Shown here: piece by piece, positions 35,523-49,504 of the stretch
Layout of the letters: each line of letters starts with the position of its first letter
Position numbering within the stretch: position 1 is the first letter of the stretch
Source of the DNA: Oopsacas minuta
Lineage: Eukaryota > Animalia > Porifera
Assembly: GCA_024704765.1 (NCBI GenBank)
Contig: JAKMXF010000343.1
Location: forward strand, 1,035,095-1,099,094
Length of the DNA: 64,000 nucleotides
Reading direction: 5' to 3'
Made by a program: the position numbers and the translations under genes
Notes under the pieces: generated by a model
Told to the model about the DNA's origin: nothing
What the model saw: only the letters and a program-made list of their open reading frames with translations
Database searches by the model: none

Positions 35523-36754
35523 CAGGGTGTATCATGAATGGTGTCGAGTTCTAGAAAATATCTCAAAACACAAAAAAGTGGATCGTTTAAGCTAATTAAT
35601 TATTAATGTAATCTCCATTGCATTCTATAACTGATCTAATCCTATTTGGCATACTTGCAACTAAATTTTCTGAAATTTTGGGATCAATGCCCTGCCAAGC
35701 CTTTTTTACTTGAGAAATTAAATGGTCCAGCTTCGTCAGATTCTCCATTTGGTTGACTCTATCTTTCAGAATAGACCATAGATTCTCAATAGGATTGAGG
35801 TTGGGCGAGTTTCTTGGCCACTCTTCTTTCATCCAAACTTTGGGAAATTCTTTTCACACAAGGACTGAGTCAAATTTGCAATTTGTGCTGGAGCACCATC
35901 CTGCATAAAAGTAAAACTGGACATATCTGAGAGCATTGATCGCTGTATAATTGTCCCATTTTCTGAGTCGCGTTCTACAGCATTCTTACATGTTTTATTT
36001 AAAATATAGTTCCGATAGTAGCAACCATTTATTGTGTTTGGAGGCACTATATGGAGTTCAGAGACAGCTCAATGGGACATCATGCCCCAGACATGAATTT
36101 TCCCTGGAAATTAAACTTGAACTCAAGGTTCAACATTGTCTGAACTTTTAGCCCATATCCGGTCGTTCTATCGGTTTGGAGCATTGAACAATTGAAAAGG
36201 TGCTCATCAGGCCACAATACCTGTTTCCAATCTTCGACAGTTCATTCTTTGCGAGATTCTGCAAATTTGAGTCGTTTTTCTTTCATTTTGTTTCGTCAAT
36301 CGCGGCATTTTAGGCCTTTTGTAAGATTTCGCGCCAATAATATCTCGAAAATAACGATGAACGGTTGAATGTGATACAGTATAGCCCCTTGGAGGTCACT
36401 ATTTCAGCCAATTTCCTAGTAGATTTCCATCTTTTGCCGAGAGGTTTCGAAATTATAATTTTGGCGGCCTTTTGGGCACTGGAATTCCTCCAGGATGGGC
36501 TACAGTTTTTTAGATTTTCCGAGCTTCTACTTGCGCCACCACCCTTTGATTAATCTCAAAACTAACTTGGAGCTTTATAGCTACATGTTTCTGGGTCATG
36601 CCAGCACTTAGCATGCCAATAGCTTGATTAGGGATTTCCAAACCATGATCTCTGACATTCATTTCCGAATATATTAAGGAACGTCAATGTGAAATTTTTT
36701 CTAAGAAATACGATAAGCCTAAGGTAGCTAAGCATTGTTTTAGATAGCATTAAC
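35523..36754 (-). mobile_element. Tc1-like element, probably DD37E, 5' end interrupted by the Galileo-like insertion
   Basis: TA+CAGGGTG terminus at 35523; FMQDGAPA...WPRNSPNLNPIENLW gives 37 residues D-to-E if a 1-nt deletion is restored. Confidence 0.75.
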
Positions 36755-39700
36755 CCTGACCTACGTTATAATAAGGCCTGTTCACTAGTGCAATTTTTGG
36801 ACCATGGATGTCGTTTAAGTCCATTAAATTTTATTTCAAATAATCATGTATTTGATGTTATTCACCCAAATTGTGAACTTAAAAATTGCTCTTATGCGAT
36901 TTTAAAGATCATGGATGTATTTAAGTCCTTATTTTTACAATAAATGTTATAGTTAGAGAAAATTAACTAAAATGTGAATCCATGAGAGAAAATATTATGG
37001 GTTTAATGCTAAGCATATTTCAAATAGTGAGTGCCTGATAATAGTACAAAATAATAAAAGATACGTATATTAAAGTGGTATGTGATAAGTTAATTAGGCT
37101 TCAATTTGTTTAATTTTCGAGTATATTCGATACACGGTTTCAAGGGTGGCTGGGAGTTCATATTCTTAATATTATTTGATATAAGACAGTTTGAAGTAGC
37201 GGTCAATAGTTTAGCCAATACATCCCACATGAGTGTACCACATTCGTCACACATCACTCTCCATACTTCAGCTTGTTCATCTTCTATAAGACTTGTTGTT
37301 AACTGTATCAGGATACTTCTAGAAGGACCGGTTATTATGTTATTGAATATGCTTGGTTGACTCTCGATAGAAGAGAATACTTTCCATAGCGTAATAATTG
37401 CGTCTATGACATCACTACTTGGCCATTTTAGTGAGCCTCTGTCGATTATCTGAATTAATCGCTATTCAGAATCTGATGGTTCTTCAATTTCCATTTCTTT
37501 GTTTTCAGTGAGGAATAAGAGACATGATTGACACTTAGTAGAATGTTTGTAATAGGCATGCACTGAGTAGTCTGCTTAAAGGAGAGTGATTTGAGTATTT
37601 GCTTGTTTAATTCCACCCTGAATATCCCTGAATCGCCAAGAGATACATCTCCAAGCTGAAAGACGCATGGGAGTCTTGGTCACAAGAGGATGAGCACGAT
37701 TCTAAGAAGTTCTTAAGTGATATGCTATCTAGAAACATAAATCTGGTATCATCGTAGATAAGTGGGACTGAAAATTCATTTTTGGGAAGGATACCCTTGT
37801 TCGGAGTATTGATGTTGAATAGCTTCCAAACATTACAAATAATGGCAATAAAGTCTGCATTCTGTGAATTCGTAGAAGTGTGGTATCGCGATTGGTAGCT
37901 AACGTTTAATGCAGTGGCTGTAGATTCATCGAATATCCTTAAAGCTAAAGAAACATTTTGTCGTTCCAAAGTGGAAGGCCAACAAGCTTTAGAGGTTAAT
38001 CTTGGAGCTAATTTAGCAACAAAGTGTTGGTCACTTTTATATAATAAGCGAATTTCTTCGAAAACTGCAGTGCTCGCAACTTATATGTTCTCAAAATCTG
38101 GATAAGTGAATGTTTTATTATAATCTATTTGGTTTAGCCAGTTACTACGTATCGATTTGATTATATGAACGAAGTCAAAAAGCAAAACAATGGCCGGTTT
38201 AAGTCCATAGGGTGAGGAACAATATGCTCTAGAAGTCGGCTTGGAGAAAAATAACTTGAAAATGTTAACGTTCATCGGGTAATTATCAATACATAAAACG
38301 TGTACAGGGAGTCCACATGCTTCAACATCACGAATAACATATTTGATGATAGGAAAGAGTACCTCAACAGATGAGCTGGAACAGGGCAGTAAACGGACAA
38401 TACTGGACCATCGTTTGGACAAACTTGATATCATGAAGGCAAAAACGGTTTTACAGGATCAGTATGATTCAAAGAAGATCCAATTATCTTACCTCCTTTG
38501 TATGTAAATGTGGATTTTACATGAATTTCATCCATCTGAATCACTACATTTCGTTCCCATTTGTTAAACTGAGTGACTGATTGTTTGAGATAGTTGATAA
38601 ACTCAGAATCCAAGCCAAAATTGGAATATAAGCGCTTTAGAGTAGAAAGGTGCGGCAATGATAGACAGTCCAGGGATTGAAGATATCTATAACAAACTGG
38701 CGAGATAAGCTGGCATTTGAGGGACAAGACAAGAGTTTCGATGTTGTATCGCCTCATAGTTTTCGCGATCAAAGCGTTATCCAATTGGCATAGAATAAAC
38801 TGAAGACTTGATAATAGAGGCTGTGGTTTCCAGATTCTTCTCCAGTTGAAAGGGAGTCAATAGCTTTACGAATGCTTCCGGTTGCTTCTCTGACATGGTG
38901 TTGGAGTGTTTCAGGAGAATTAGTAGGGGCAGAATGGTTTTCAATTTCTTTAAGCAAATCGTTAAGCTGACGAATATCATTTATCTGAGTGAGGGAAAGA
39001 GGAATGCGTATACCTTCGTAGAAACCCATAGTATGTAATGTTTCGGTAATAGTTAACGAGCATCGAATTGCAATCAAACTGTTTCGTTATAGAAGGGTTG
39101 AGTAAATTAAAGGAATTATCATCAGAAGGCCAAACTAACCAATGATTAGGCAAGCCCGAGTGCTTCGTTTGGATACCAAGGCTTCCAGTGTGGCATTCGG
39201 AAAAGTTCTTTGTCTTGGTTATACTGTAATAGACTCATTTATTGCAGTATCAATCAAATGCTGATCTCTCAAAGATCTATCAAATCTCGGAGGTATGGTG
39301 TCAGATGACGAAGAGAGATGAAGTGGACATCTAGGTAGAAAGCTTGGCACTGCATCCTTCTGCAATTTAGGCTTAGCTGGTACTTCTAAGTATGTTCAAT
39401 CTGGTTGATGGATAGAAAAACTGGTCTGAATTTCTTCATCGAGGAAATGTTTTGAGCACATAAACACATTCTTTAAGTCTCTGATACCTTCTCTACAGAG
39501 CGCTCGAAGCCAACGATTGACAAGATCAGGTGGACCATTTGGCAGGTTAAATGCTGGAGTATAAGGTTCTCCTGCGTAATTCCTCCGACATCCGGGGGCA
39601 GAACACCTGTTGGGCATGACAAGCTAATTGAAAGTATAAAAAGGAGACATCGAGAGGTAGATTAAAGAAATGCACATAACTGATAGAACAAGGTGGAGAG

Positions 39701-40053
39701 CGGCATTACAGAGATAAAAGCTAAGTTGTTTAAACAACTTAGGATAAAAGTACAAGAGGACAAGGTACAACGGGTGGTGAGTACGTAAATGTATTGTTTC
39801 AATAAATTGAATGTAACAAAAAGGTTGATTCATAAATTAATATAAATATTATGGGTTTCTAAGAAATACTTTTTACAAGCCTTCAACCACATCCATGGTC
39901 CGTAAAATCGCCTAAGAACAAATTTTAAGTTCACGATTTGGGTGAATACCATCAAATACATAATTATTTGAAGTAAAATTTAATGGACTTAAACGACATC
40001 CATGGTCCAAAAAATCGCACTAGCGGACAGGCTTTATTATAACGTAGGTCACG
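36755..40053 (-). mobile_element. P-superfamily (Galileo-like) THAP transposon, ~165-bp TIRs, 7-bp TSD
   Basis: TIRs 36755-36918 / 39889-40053 starting C(C/G)TGACCTACGTTATAATA; CATTAAC flanks both ends. THAP domain MPNRCSAPGC...RWLRAL...CSKHF; P-type core QMDEIHVKS, DNYPMN, LFDFVHIIKSIRSNW, MERQNVSLALRIF. Confidence 0.9.
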
Positions 40054-40412
40054 CATTAACATAATACTTTACGATACTGCATAATTAATTGAATTCTAAT
40101 TAAGGTTATAATACAATCCGTTACTATATGAATATAACTACTACCCAACAACATTTATGATATACCTTGTACAAACGCATCTTGAGAGATGCTGGAGCAA
40201 TAACTATGTGATTAAATATTAGATGAGTTGTTTCTAACATACAACCTAAATTCGTTGATACGAACACAAACGAAAGATCAAAATTAGTTTGCCTTAGCTG
40301 GAGTAAAACAAATTGAACCACCCTTGTATGTAGGCAACAGAATATATGCAAATGTATGTGCACCTTACTCGGGAATTCTATTAACTGGGTTCGAAGTGCC
40401 ACTGTATACATA

Positions 40413-40800
40413 AGGGCCGTTCAAACTATACCTGACGTTACAAGGCAAGTGAGGTGATTTTGATTTGTGACAGTCACATTCATTTTGAAAGCGGTGAAAA
40501 TGCGTAACACATGGAAGAGTGTGAACCAAAATTTAGGGAATTTTGCGTTAAGAACGCATATTTGCCAACCTGAAAAAGGAATAAAGTGGGACAGAAGGTA
40601 CTAATTGAGCGGGACATCGTCGGATGTAAGATATTTGTATAAGACTGGACTACAAAATAGAGGAACAATTAAGGGTGTTTTGGAAAGTTTTGGCTGGACA
40701 TGAGCCTCATTGGCAGTTAACACATATCCGTGCCGAGAAATCGGGATGTCCCGCCATCCACCAGAACAGTTGGCAAGTATGGTAACGTTAGAACGACTTC
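40413..40800. mobile_element. Small MITE (same family as 56521-56684) with a hAT-like MITE nested at ~40557-40781
   Basis: AGGGCCGTTCAAAC...CAAAATTTAGGGAATTTTGCGTT matches the reverse complement of 56521-56684; inner element has TIR CATATTTGCCAAC / GTTGGCAAGTATG. Confidence 0.65.
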
Positions 40801-41229
40801 AATTACACGTTGCAATTTAGTTGCAAGCAAAATATTCAATGCAATGTTACATTGTATAATTAGTGTTGCTGATAGAATATCTTATCACCAGCTTTCCTTT
40901 ACAGCATGCAAGAATTACTTGCAGTGAAATACACTGAATAACAAACTAATGAACATGAAAGAGCAGAATAGCAAGCGTGTATAACTTCAATATCAACCGT
41001 ATGAGCATTCTTATGGTAGTTGTAATGTACATACTATCAATAGAATTTGACTATAGAGGAAGGAAAATTTTCGTAACTTTGTCAATTTTCATCCAATTTT
41101 GAGTTCTTTAGCTCAATCAACTAATCTCGACGAGTTCTTGTATGTTACATATAGGGATATTTGACCACATTAAAAATGTTGGGGGTGTAAGATTCTGCAA
41201 GTGTACTCAATTGGATAATCAGAAAATCA

Positions 41230-43055
41230 GCATTGTCCCCAAAGGCGTCAAGTGGTTTGAATATTGAAGGAAATGTTCAGAGAGCCTGATGACACATTCA
41301 GATCTGATTCAACAGATTCCGGAAATTGGATTTCTCCTGTACCGTTCTAACACAAAGAGGCTACAGCGCTAAATTACGAATACCACCGAAAACCGCCTCT
41401 AAAGCCGTGGTGTTGCATTCACCCCAAGGAGTATTAGAGAGAGAAATACACAGACCAACTGGCATGAGAGTCCTTGATGTAGGCACCCTTGCAGAAGTAA
41501 TCTCTACCTTTAGATAAAGAAAAATTGATTCATGGTTGGCAGACATTCTTCAGGATCAATGCAATAGCTGTCATAAAGAACATGCTATATTTCTGAGAGA
41601 AGTGCTCTGTCTGGACGGAAGAGAAGCAGAAAAATAGATCAGCCATGTACAAGAAGTGGTTGGAGCGTCATAAGCCCACTGTAACAGAAATTACATCGAA
41701 CCTTCTCAAAGTATGGAGCCACGAGCAGCCAAGAGGATTGGGGGACGCTCCTTGGAGAAGAATTGCCTGGTGTATTCGGTGTTTGTTGGTGATGGAGATT
41801 CAAAAGTTTCCAGCAGGTAACATACACAGATCCTTACCCTCTAGTGAAGATACAAAAAGAAGTGTAGAACGCATTTAGTAAAGCGTCTCGAGAAAGTTTT
41901 GAGAAAGAAAAAAGAGGTACAATCGATCATACTATTGTACAGCACGCACTATCTGATTGGAAGGCTGATTATATCTCCTCAAATTACTCTACAGTCATCT
42001 CTCAACATCGTGGTTCAACAGCAACAAGTTGTTCTCAGGTCACCAGTATTAGTTGATTATGTAGCAGGGATCGTTTTGAAGACTGGTTAGACACCAAAGA
42101 CAAAATGTTTTTTATCATGGTATAGAAAAGCTGAAAGATAAGTGGCTTAAATCTATTCTATTATAAGGGGATTATGTTGAAAATTAAACTCTAGCCATTG
42201 CTCTACAAAACGTCTATATACTAATTTCCACAACTCATTGAACACCCTGTCATTCGGGCTGTACTACTGGAGATCAATTGTGTTGCTGATAAGGAAACCC
42301 ATCAAGCTCTTCAGCACCTACTGCTTTGACAACCTTCAAACCAATCGATATCGAAAAGGTGAAAGAAGTATTCAATACTTATGCGCCAGAAGACCACCTG
42401 ACGTTAGGATAACACTATATGGAGTCTCTGCCTTAATAGCAAGTACATATCACCCCAAATCTATTAGCATTAGCACTGCTTTTGCTGTCCTAACATTAAA
42501 CGAGAGGGAACTGTCATTATTCGGGATCCTAAATTGTCTTGGCCTATCTACATTTAGGAGGGCTTACTGTTCAATCTTGAAAGAGAATTGGTCAGATTAA
42601 TACAGTTGAGCCAGAAGAAGTCTAATTTCTAGCGAAGAAGACGAAAAGTGAGGTTATTTAAACTGCAGAGAGAGAGCGCTCTGCTAAGAGCAGTAGGCGG
42701 TAAAAACTATAAAGGGGGACAGTTTGGCGCTGAGAATGTTCCAGAGAAGAAGTGGGGTAGGGCTCGAGGACGGACTGGATCAAAACTAAGAAGACTTCGT
42801 TGAGTGAAGAGGATATTCGGGGAGCGTAGTATCTCTCCTGTTTCCACGCAGTCGTCTTCTGAAGAGTCAGATACCCTGTACTGCATATACCACCAGAGAG
42901 AGCAAAAACCTATAGCGAAGAGTAAAATTGGGAAGAAGAAACGATCGCAATGGGTACAGTGTGACATCTGTGATGATTGGGTTCATTGCTACTGTGCTGA
43001 TGTAGAAGACGAGACTGTCTCTGGTGGCGCTTTCTCCTGTGACAAGTGTTCCTGA
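41230..43055 (+). mobile_element. Mutator-like (Phantom-type) transposase remnant with C-terminal PHD finger
   Basis: SQSMEPRAAKRI...YSVFVGDGDSK...RTHLVKRL; terminal QWVQCDICDDWVHCYCADV...FSCDKCS. Ends not delimited. Confidence 0.7.
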
Positions 43056-43239
43056 TACATGAGATTAATTATCAGTATATTTCTATGTTTGATTCTTCCT
43101 TTCCAATAATCAAATTTTGTATACTGATCGAAGGCGCTGCTGAATTATTTATATTTTTTGAAATCTCTTTTCCAAGTTTCGGCAGGTGGATACAGTAAAC
43201 TGTTTCCAAAGCCCTCCAGGTGATTGGATCAGTATACAT

Positions 43240-45611
43240 CAGTGGTTCTCAACCAGGGGGATATCCCCCCCATTGGGGGGATAGAGGGGGATACATATCC
43301 GGAGAGAACAATCTATACTAGGGGTGTGCCTAAATAATCTAGTCAGAGGAGGCTCCTCGCTACCGCTAAATATTTTATATCTTAGTATTCAATTTCTCGC
43401 TCTTTTAAAAACCCATTTGCATATTACGTCGATAAAGTTAGTCTCAGATAGAATTATCGTTAATACTTTGTAAGGGTTGGAAAAGATGGAATGCATCTGA
43501 CAAATATAAATTGCTTTTGTATGACAATAAATACTATGTATTCGATTGTGAATACGTTATCGATGTGTGATTCCAATAATATGAATACTATTGCATCCAA
43601 TTGATCGATACAATTTTCATTTTACAATCTACATAAATATGACATAGAACTGTATCTACATTAGTTCATTTTCAATCCTATCATTGCAAGACTTGATTAT
43701 ACAATCAGAAGATTATGTCCGAACCAAATGCAAAACGCAGAATTCGACATTATGATCCCTCTTATCTGCAGTTTGGATTCATTTCTAGTCCAGACGAATT
43801 AAAACCTCCTTGCTTGACCTGCCATGTATGCTTGGCGAATGATTCTATGAGGCCTCATCATTTAAAAGCGCTTCAATTTTCAAAACATCCCACAGAGGTG
43901 AGGCAGCCAATAGAGTACTTTTCACAGAAAAAGAAAGTCTATTTGAATCAACAAAAATCTTTTTCTCTCTTCACTCAGTCTACCGATTTGAAATGTTGTA
44001 CTATGGCATCCTATGAAGTATCTTTTCTAATCGCAAAGCTTAAAAAGCCTCACACAGATGCAGAAACTCTAATCAAACCTTCACTGTTGGCTTGTGCCAA
44101 GCATGTTCTGGGAAGTGCGGCAGCTGAGAAACTAGACAAAATCCCTTTATCTAATGATACAGTAAAAAGGAGGATTAGTGAAATTTCACAGAATTTAGAA
44201 GATAAATTGGTTCGGCTTATAAAGGATATTCTTATCAGCATTCAATTAGATGAATCAACACTTGGAGCAGAATCTACTCTTATTGTCTGTATGCGTTTCA
44301 TCGATAACGATTGCATAAAGGAAGAATTGCTTTTCGTTGATTATTTTGAATGTCGTTGCACTGGACAAGATATCTCCAAGATGGTAGATCCTATTTTGAC
44401 TCACATCAGATTAGTTTAAGCCAAGTTGTTAGTGTTAGTACAGATGGAGCTAGAAATATGACTGGTAGAGATACTGGATTCTGGGGATGTTTTAAAAAGG
44501 GAAGTACCGCAGTGCAGTTTTATCCATTGTATGCTTCATAAACAGGTGCTAGCTGCTAAAAATCTCCAGCCTGAACTCCATGAAACACTTAACCTTGTCA
44601 TCAAAGTTGTGAACTTTGTCAAATCAAGTCCTTTGAACGAACGTATACCAAAAAAACTATGTGAAGATTCTGAAGCAGAACATGACGTCCTCCTTTTCCA
44701 CACAGAAGTTCGCTGGCTTAGTAGAGGAAAAGCTCTTGAACGAGTATATTCTATTTATGATCAGTTATGTGAATTTCTAGATCAGAAACATTTCTTCGAG
44801 ACAGAAGAGTTTTCATCGATCTATTTCAAACTGAAATTAGCTTATCTTACTGAAATCTTCTCTTACTATAACCTGAGTAATCTTAGGTTGCAGGGAGATG
44901 GGATTTTTCTTCAAGCGGCTATAGAAAATGTGACTATATTTCAAAATAAGTTGAAATTCTTTCGTTTACGCATACTGAGCAACCAATGGAACATGTTCCA
45001 CGTGTAGAAGCAATTCTTTCTCTTTCACCACATCTTGAATTTAAATTTACTCCCCTTGTCGAAGAACATTTGATGAATCTAGTTACTGATTTTTCCAATC
45101 GCTTTTCGGACGTTCCATCAATCCCTAAATACCTGCTAACCTCGTTGGATATGTCACTGGAAGATATGATGGACTTAGACGACATCCTAGTAGACGAGTT
45201 GTTATATTTACAGGCAAATGAGGAGGCAAAAGCTAAATATTCTTGTGCTAACAAAACAAAATTCTGGTTTTTAGTGAAGGGGATAGCACAAAATATTTTC
45301 AAAACAGCTGAAAGATTGCTTTTGCTTCCATTTCAAACAACACATTTTTTGTGAGAAAACGTTTTCTTCAGCAGATTTTCTTAGGTCAAAACACCGCAGG
45401 CGACTTGACTTCAGGGAAGATTTAAGGATATCAGCATCAAGTTATAGTTCAGATATTGAAATATTAGCATCTAATAAGCAATTACAAGGTTCACATTAAT
45501 TACTGTTAATTTGAATTAAAAAAACTAATTCCAAAGTATTTGGGGAGAGGGGGGACCAAAAGGGAGAGTAAACTTCATGGGGGGAAGGCCAGAAAAGGTT
45601 GAGAACTACTG
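43240..45611 (+). mobile_element. hAT Charlie/Buster-family transposon (ZBED5/FAM200-like), decayed
   Basis: TIR CAGTGGTTCTCAACC / GGTTGAGAACTACTG; perfect TSD GTATACAT (nnnTAnnn). Motifs RHYDPSYLQFGF, CLTCHVCLAN.SMRP, IPLSNDTVKRRI, IQLDEST, STDGA, LLFHTEVRWLSRG. Confidence 0.95.
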
Positions 45612-46619
45612 GTATACATTACTGGTACAATCCAGTTTAATTTATTCGAATTTATAGTCTAAATATATTTCCCAATTTCTGTTAGAGCCATTGTTTTGAT
45701 AATTTGTTGATTCTACATGTTCCGTTTTCTTTTTAGCAGGGTACAATGGCAGAAATATTCCTACACTTTATTTTACATTTTTGCATTACCTATGTTAGTT
45801 GTTTCAATTTATCGAATTTCCATAACTCATAGAAAATAATGTCCAATAATGTAATATTTATCTCCCTGGGGTGAGGAAGCTCGGAACTTTCTCTAACATT
45901 ACATAATTTCTGAAAAAAAGAACCATTTCTTCTATGTAATTGGCAGGATCAAAATTTTTACCCTAAGATTCGGACGTGTTTGAGGTTGAAGCATGATTCC
46001 GAAATTTTAACGTAGACCTAGAGCCCTTTAGTGGCTATCGAACCAAACCGCCTATATAATTCTCCTTGGGAGCGTTACATAATCTTTATGGTATATTTAA
46101 TCTATTTAATGCATTCATTAGACAATATTCTAGCGTATATCTTCAAATATTTGTTTCATGGTGATAAATTGCCTCTAAGGTGATCATTGCCTGAGCCGTA
46201 TTTCAGGTACCAAGAAACCCCAACTCCCTGAGACTTGCTCTCAACAGGCATATAGGAGGTAATCGAGTACCGTGACTCCGAATTTCGCATTTTCAAGTTT
46301 CTCATATATAAATTTAGTGTTCTATTTATGAACATAAAGTATATTATAAGTTATCTCTAATATAAGTACGTGAAAATTTAATCAGCACAATATACAATGA
46401 ACGAACTAATTCATGATATGAGAGATAAATAATGCAGTAAGAAAGACAGGTAAAATCGGAGAACTTTGTTCAATTTTGTTCAATCAGTGCCTGTTTCTCG
46501 TCAAGACAGTGTAAATATTGTGAATTTAAGGGAGATAGAATAAACCAATATAGTTGTCGATATAACAAAGAGTATTTGCCCATCAGATAGTGTAGGGAAT
46601 AGAAAATAGGTTCGAACTG

Positions 46620-47080
46620 AAGAGAAATCCTAGGACATCAAATATTGAAGAAATTTGGTCAATAGAGCCCAAAGAAATCATTAGACATCTTCACATTTAT
46701 CCTGAAATAAAGGAAGTAATAGAGAGCAAAGGAAAAATCAATCAAGAGAGCTTAAGAAATTGTGTATTCCAAAGCAGTGAACAGACATCAGATTGTGACG
46801 TAAATCGGATAAAGAGACCACATAAATAGTCAGTCATCTACATATTTGTCCTGAAATATAGGAAGTAACATAGAGCAGAGGATATAATCAGTCAAGGGGG
46901 CTTGCTTTAGCAATTGTGACACTCCAACAAAGTCAACAGACACCAAATAGTGACCTAATTCGTCTAAAGTGCCCAGATAATTCATCAGACATCTCCCATT
47001 TGACATGAAATAGAGGAAGTAATAGAGAGCAAAGGATATAATCAATCAAGAGAGCTTATTTCAGAAATTGTGCATTCCAA
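46620..47080. repeat. Degenerate triplicated ~90-bp block
   Basis: CCTGAAATAAAGGAAGTAATAGAGAGCAAAGGA..AATCAATCAAGAGAGCTT and variants recur at ~46700, ~46850 and ~47000. Confidence 0.7.
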
Positions 47081-47085
47081 AGAAG

Positions 47086-48305
47086 CAGGAACGTTGCCAC
47101 CAGATTTTACCTGGGGGGGGCAAGAAATTACCAGGGGGGCACGAAGTTTCCAAGGGGCAGGGCGATGGGCAAGGTGTTTCACGGGTTTAGCAGCAGCATA
47201 CCCAGTGGCGGATCAATAAATTTTTAGTTAGGTAGAACCATCCAGCAGTGCAGTTGCATCGTGTGACTTTGATATATGGGGGGCACACATTCAATCTGGT
47301 TGTCAACAAGTTCTAGATGTTTCCTACCAGATTGAATTTGGTAGCCCAGATTTCAAAGCCTTTGGGCGCTGTAAGCAACCAGTAAGGTCCAAGAGCCAAA
47401 CAAATTGAAAGAAATAACGTTTGGTCTGCAATTTCCCCAGAAAGTTGTTTTTTTCTGGTCGAGTAATGAGTAACTCGGAGAATATTTGGGGGCCCCCAGT
47501 CACATAAGCACGACGCTACTGCAGCTGGGGGTTTGATGTGCTGTAGGTCTTCCAGTCGTGACGTGGCGTAACCCTTGGACAATAAGTTATAATAGCTACT
47601 ACATTGATTACCTTTGCCAGTACGTGGCAGTCCACATAGGTTTGAATCTTGAAACAATTTATCCTAACTGCGTAATACACATTTGGCTTAATTATTTTCC
47701 GATTGGCTTTGTGCTTTGCGTATATGAATAAGATGGATACATTTCAGGGTACTCCCCAGGAATTTGTTAAGGTGTATCGGTTTATGTGTTATGTTTCTGG
47801 AGGAATTTTCACCAGCCATAGCTCAATTCCAAAGTTATATTTTAGGATTAAATAGTGAAATCTTTAAACAAACAACGAGAAGTTATCAATAATCATTTTA
47901 TCAATGGAGGGATCGGCCGAAAGTCGTACGATAATCCCTGATGATATTATAACTTGTATAATCAATTCTAGATTGACTGTGCCGACTATACTTTAGTATA
48001 GTGTCCCAGTATTGAAATTGGTGCCTATAATTTCTTTAACAACTGAAGGTATACCGGTCCGATACGCCAAAACGGCCTGGGGAAAACACTGCACTTGCTC
48101 AGGGTATAAACATTCAAAAATATTACCTAATTCGATAGATCAATACAAGCTATATCCCTTATTTAGGAGTGAGATTAAATAATATTGAGCATAAGATGTG
48201 AGCCCTAAATTTTCCAGTTTGCAATTTAAGCCAAGGGGTCCGGTAGCATGCCCCGGGTCACAAGTTTACCAGGGGGCATTGCCACCCACTCTGGCGGAGG
48301 CCCTG
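47086..48305. mobile_element. Non-autonomous hAT-like element
   Basis: CAGG...CCAG termini with GC-rich subterminal repeats; 8-bp TSD CAAAGAAG / TAAAGAAG (7/8). Confidence 0.6.
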
Positions 48306-49504
48306 TAAAGAAGTAATTATGCCCAAGATAGTTACATAATTAGTTTCCCGGTGGTTATTTATCCTGGTGAAATCATAAGATATCAGAGATTAACTCACCT
48401 TATTTGCTTACGATTTAATTGATGTTCTAATAGCCTCTAGCTTTGTGCTCCATTTTTGGCAATTTGTAATTTTCTTATCCAATATTTCTTGCATACTATC
48501 CCATCTATGGATTGTAACCTACGAGTTTACTTGTGGCACCATTATGACTTAACTTGGCTCTATTTCAATAATTTTTCAATTGCATTCGCAAAAATCTATA
48601 TACCTGTGTCGCCTACCATCGAAACATTCGATTTAGTAGCTTTTATTCTTGCATGATTATAATGTATCGTAACATTACAACCAGATATTGACCCAACCAC
48701 TATTGAATAAAAATGTACCTCAGGTACCCATACTCCAAAATAGTTACATGAGCAACAGGCAAATTGAGTAATGCATATATTTAAACGAGTGTGAAGTTAG
48801 TTTCGTGAATGTGAACAAAATATTTCTTCCCGTGACATTTAGAATACATGATGGTCGACGGTAGGTAAAATTAATAGCTTAAAGCACTACCTTGCTTAAT
48901 TAGACATAAATATTTCTGACTTTCCAAGACTCGTTACGTCTCACACTGGATTATTAACTTAGTCAATCTTCTATCAGTTGGAAAAGCTGAAAGAAGGAGG
49001 TGTAACCAATCCAGCCGCCGTATTCACTAAGCATACTTAGTACTTAAGTACTAAGTACGTACTTAAGTACTAAGTATGTACTTAGTTAAGTACGTACTTA
49101 AGTCGTATTCACTAAGAGTTAAGTACGTACTTGAGTATGTACTTAACTAAGTACATACTTAAGTATCACTTATATTCATGAATTTGTGAGTTTCTGATGG
49201 ATTGCTTTACAGAATTACTTTCAATCATTCAGGAATATATTTTCAAAAATTTCATGGTTTATGCATGATCTCACGATAATATTGTGGTTTACGTTCATGA
49301 AATACTTCACAAATAATGTTACAAGGAATTCCTCGAACGCTTATGATATAACATATCTGTTACTAAGGAATGCATTACTTTGTATGTAATGTTAAATACT
49401 ATCATTCTGAATTATACATTCCAAGTTACACTAATGACTGTTTTGCTAAATACAATTATGATCAAATATAATATATAAATATTCCAGTATTTTAATATAA
49501 ACAA

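Noticed and set aside
40090-40410. Possible piggyBac C-terminal Cys-rich remnant, and scattered TTAACCCT ends (~22480, ~23125, ~55535)
   Set aside because: No catalytic core and no paired AGGGTTAA ends found; too degraded to call.
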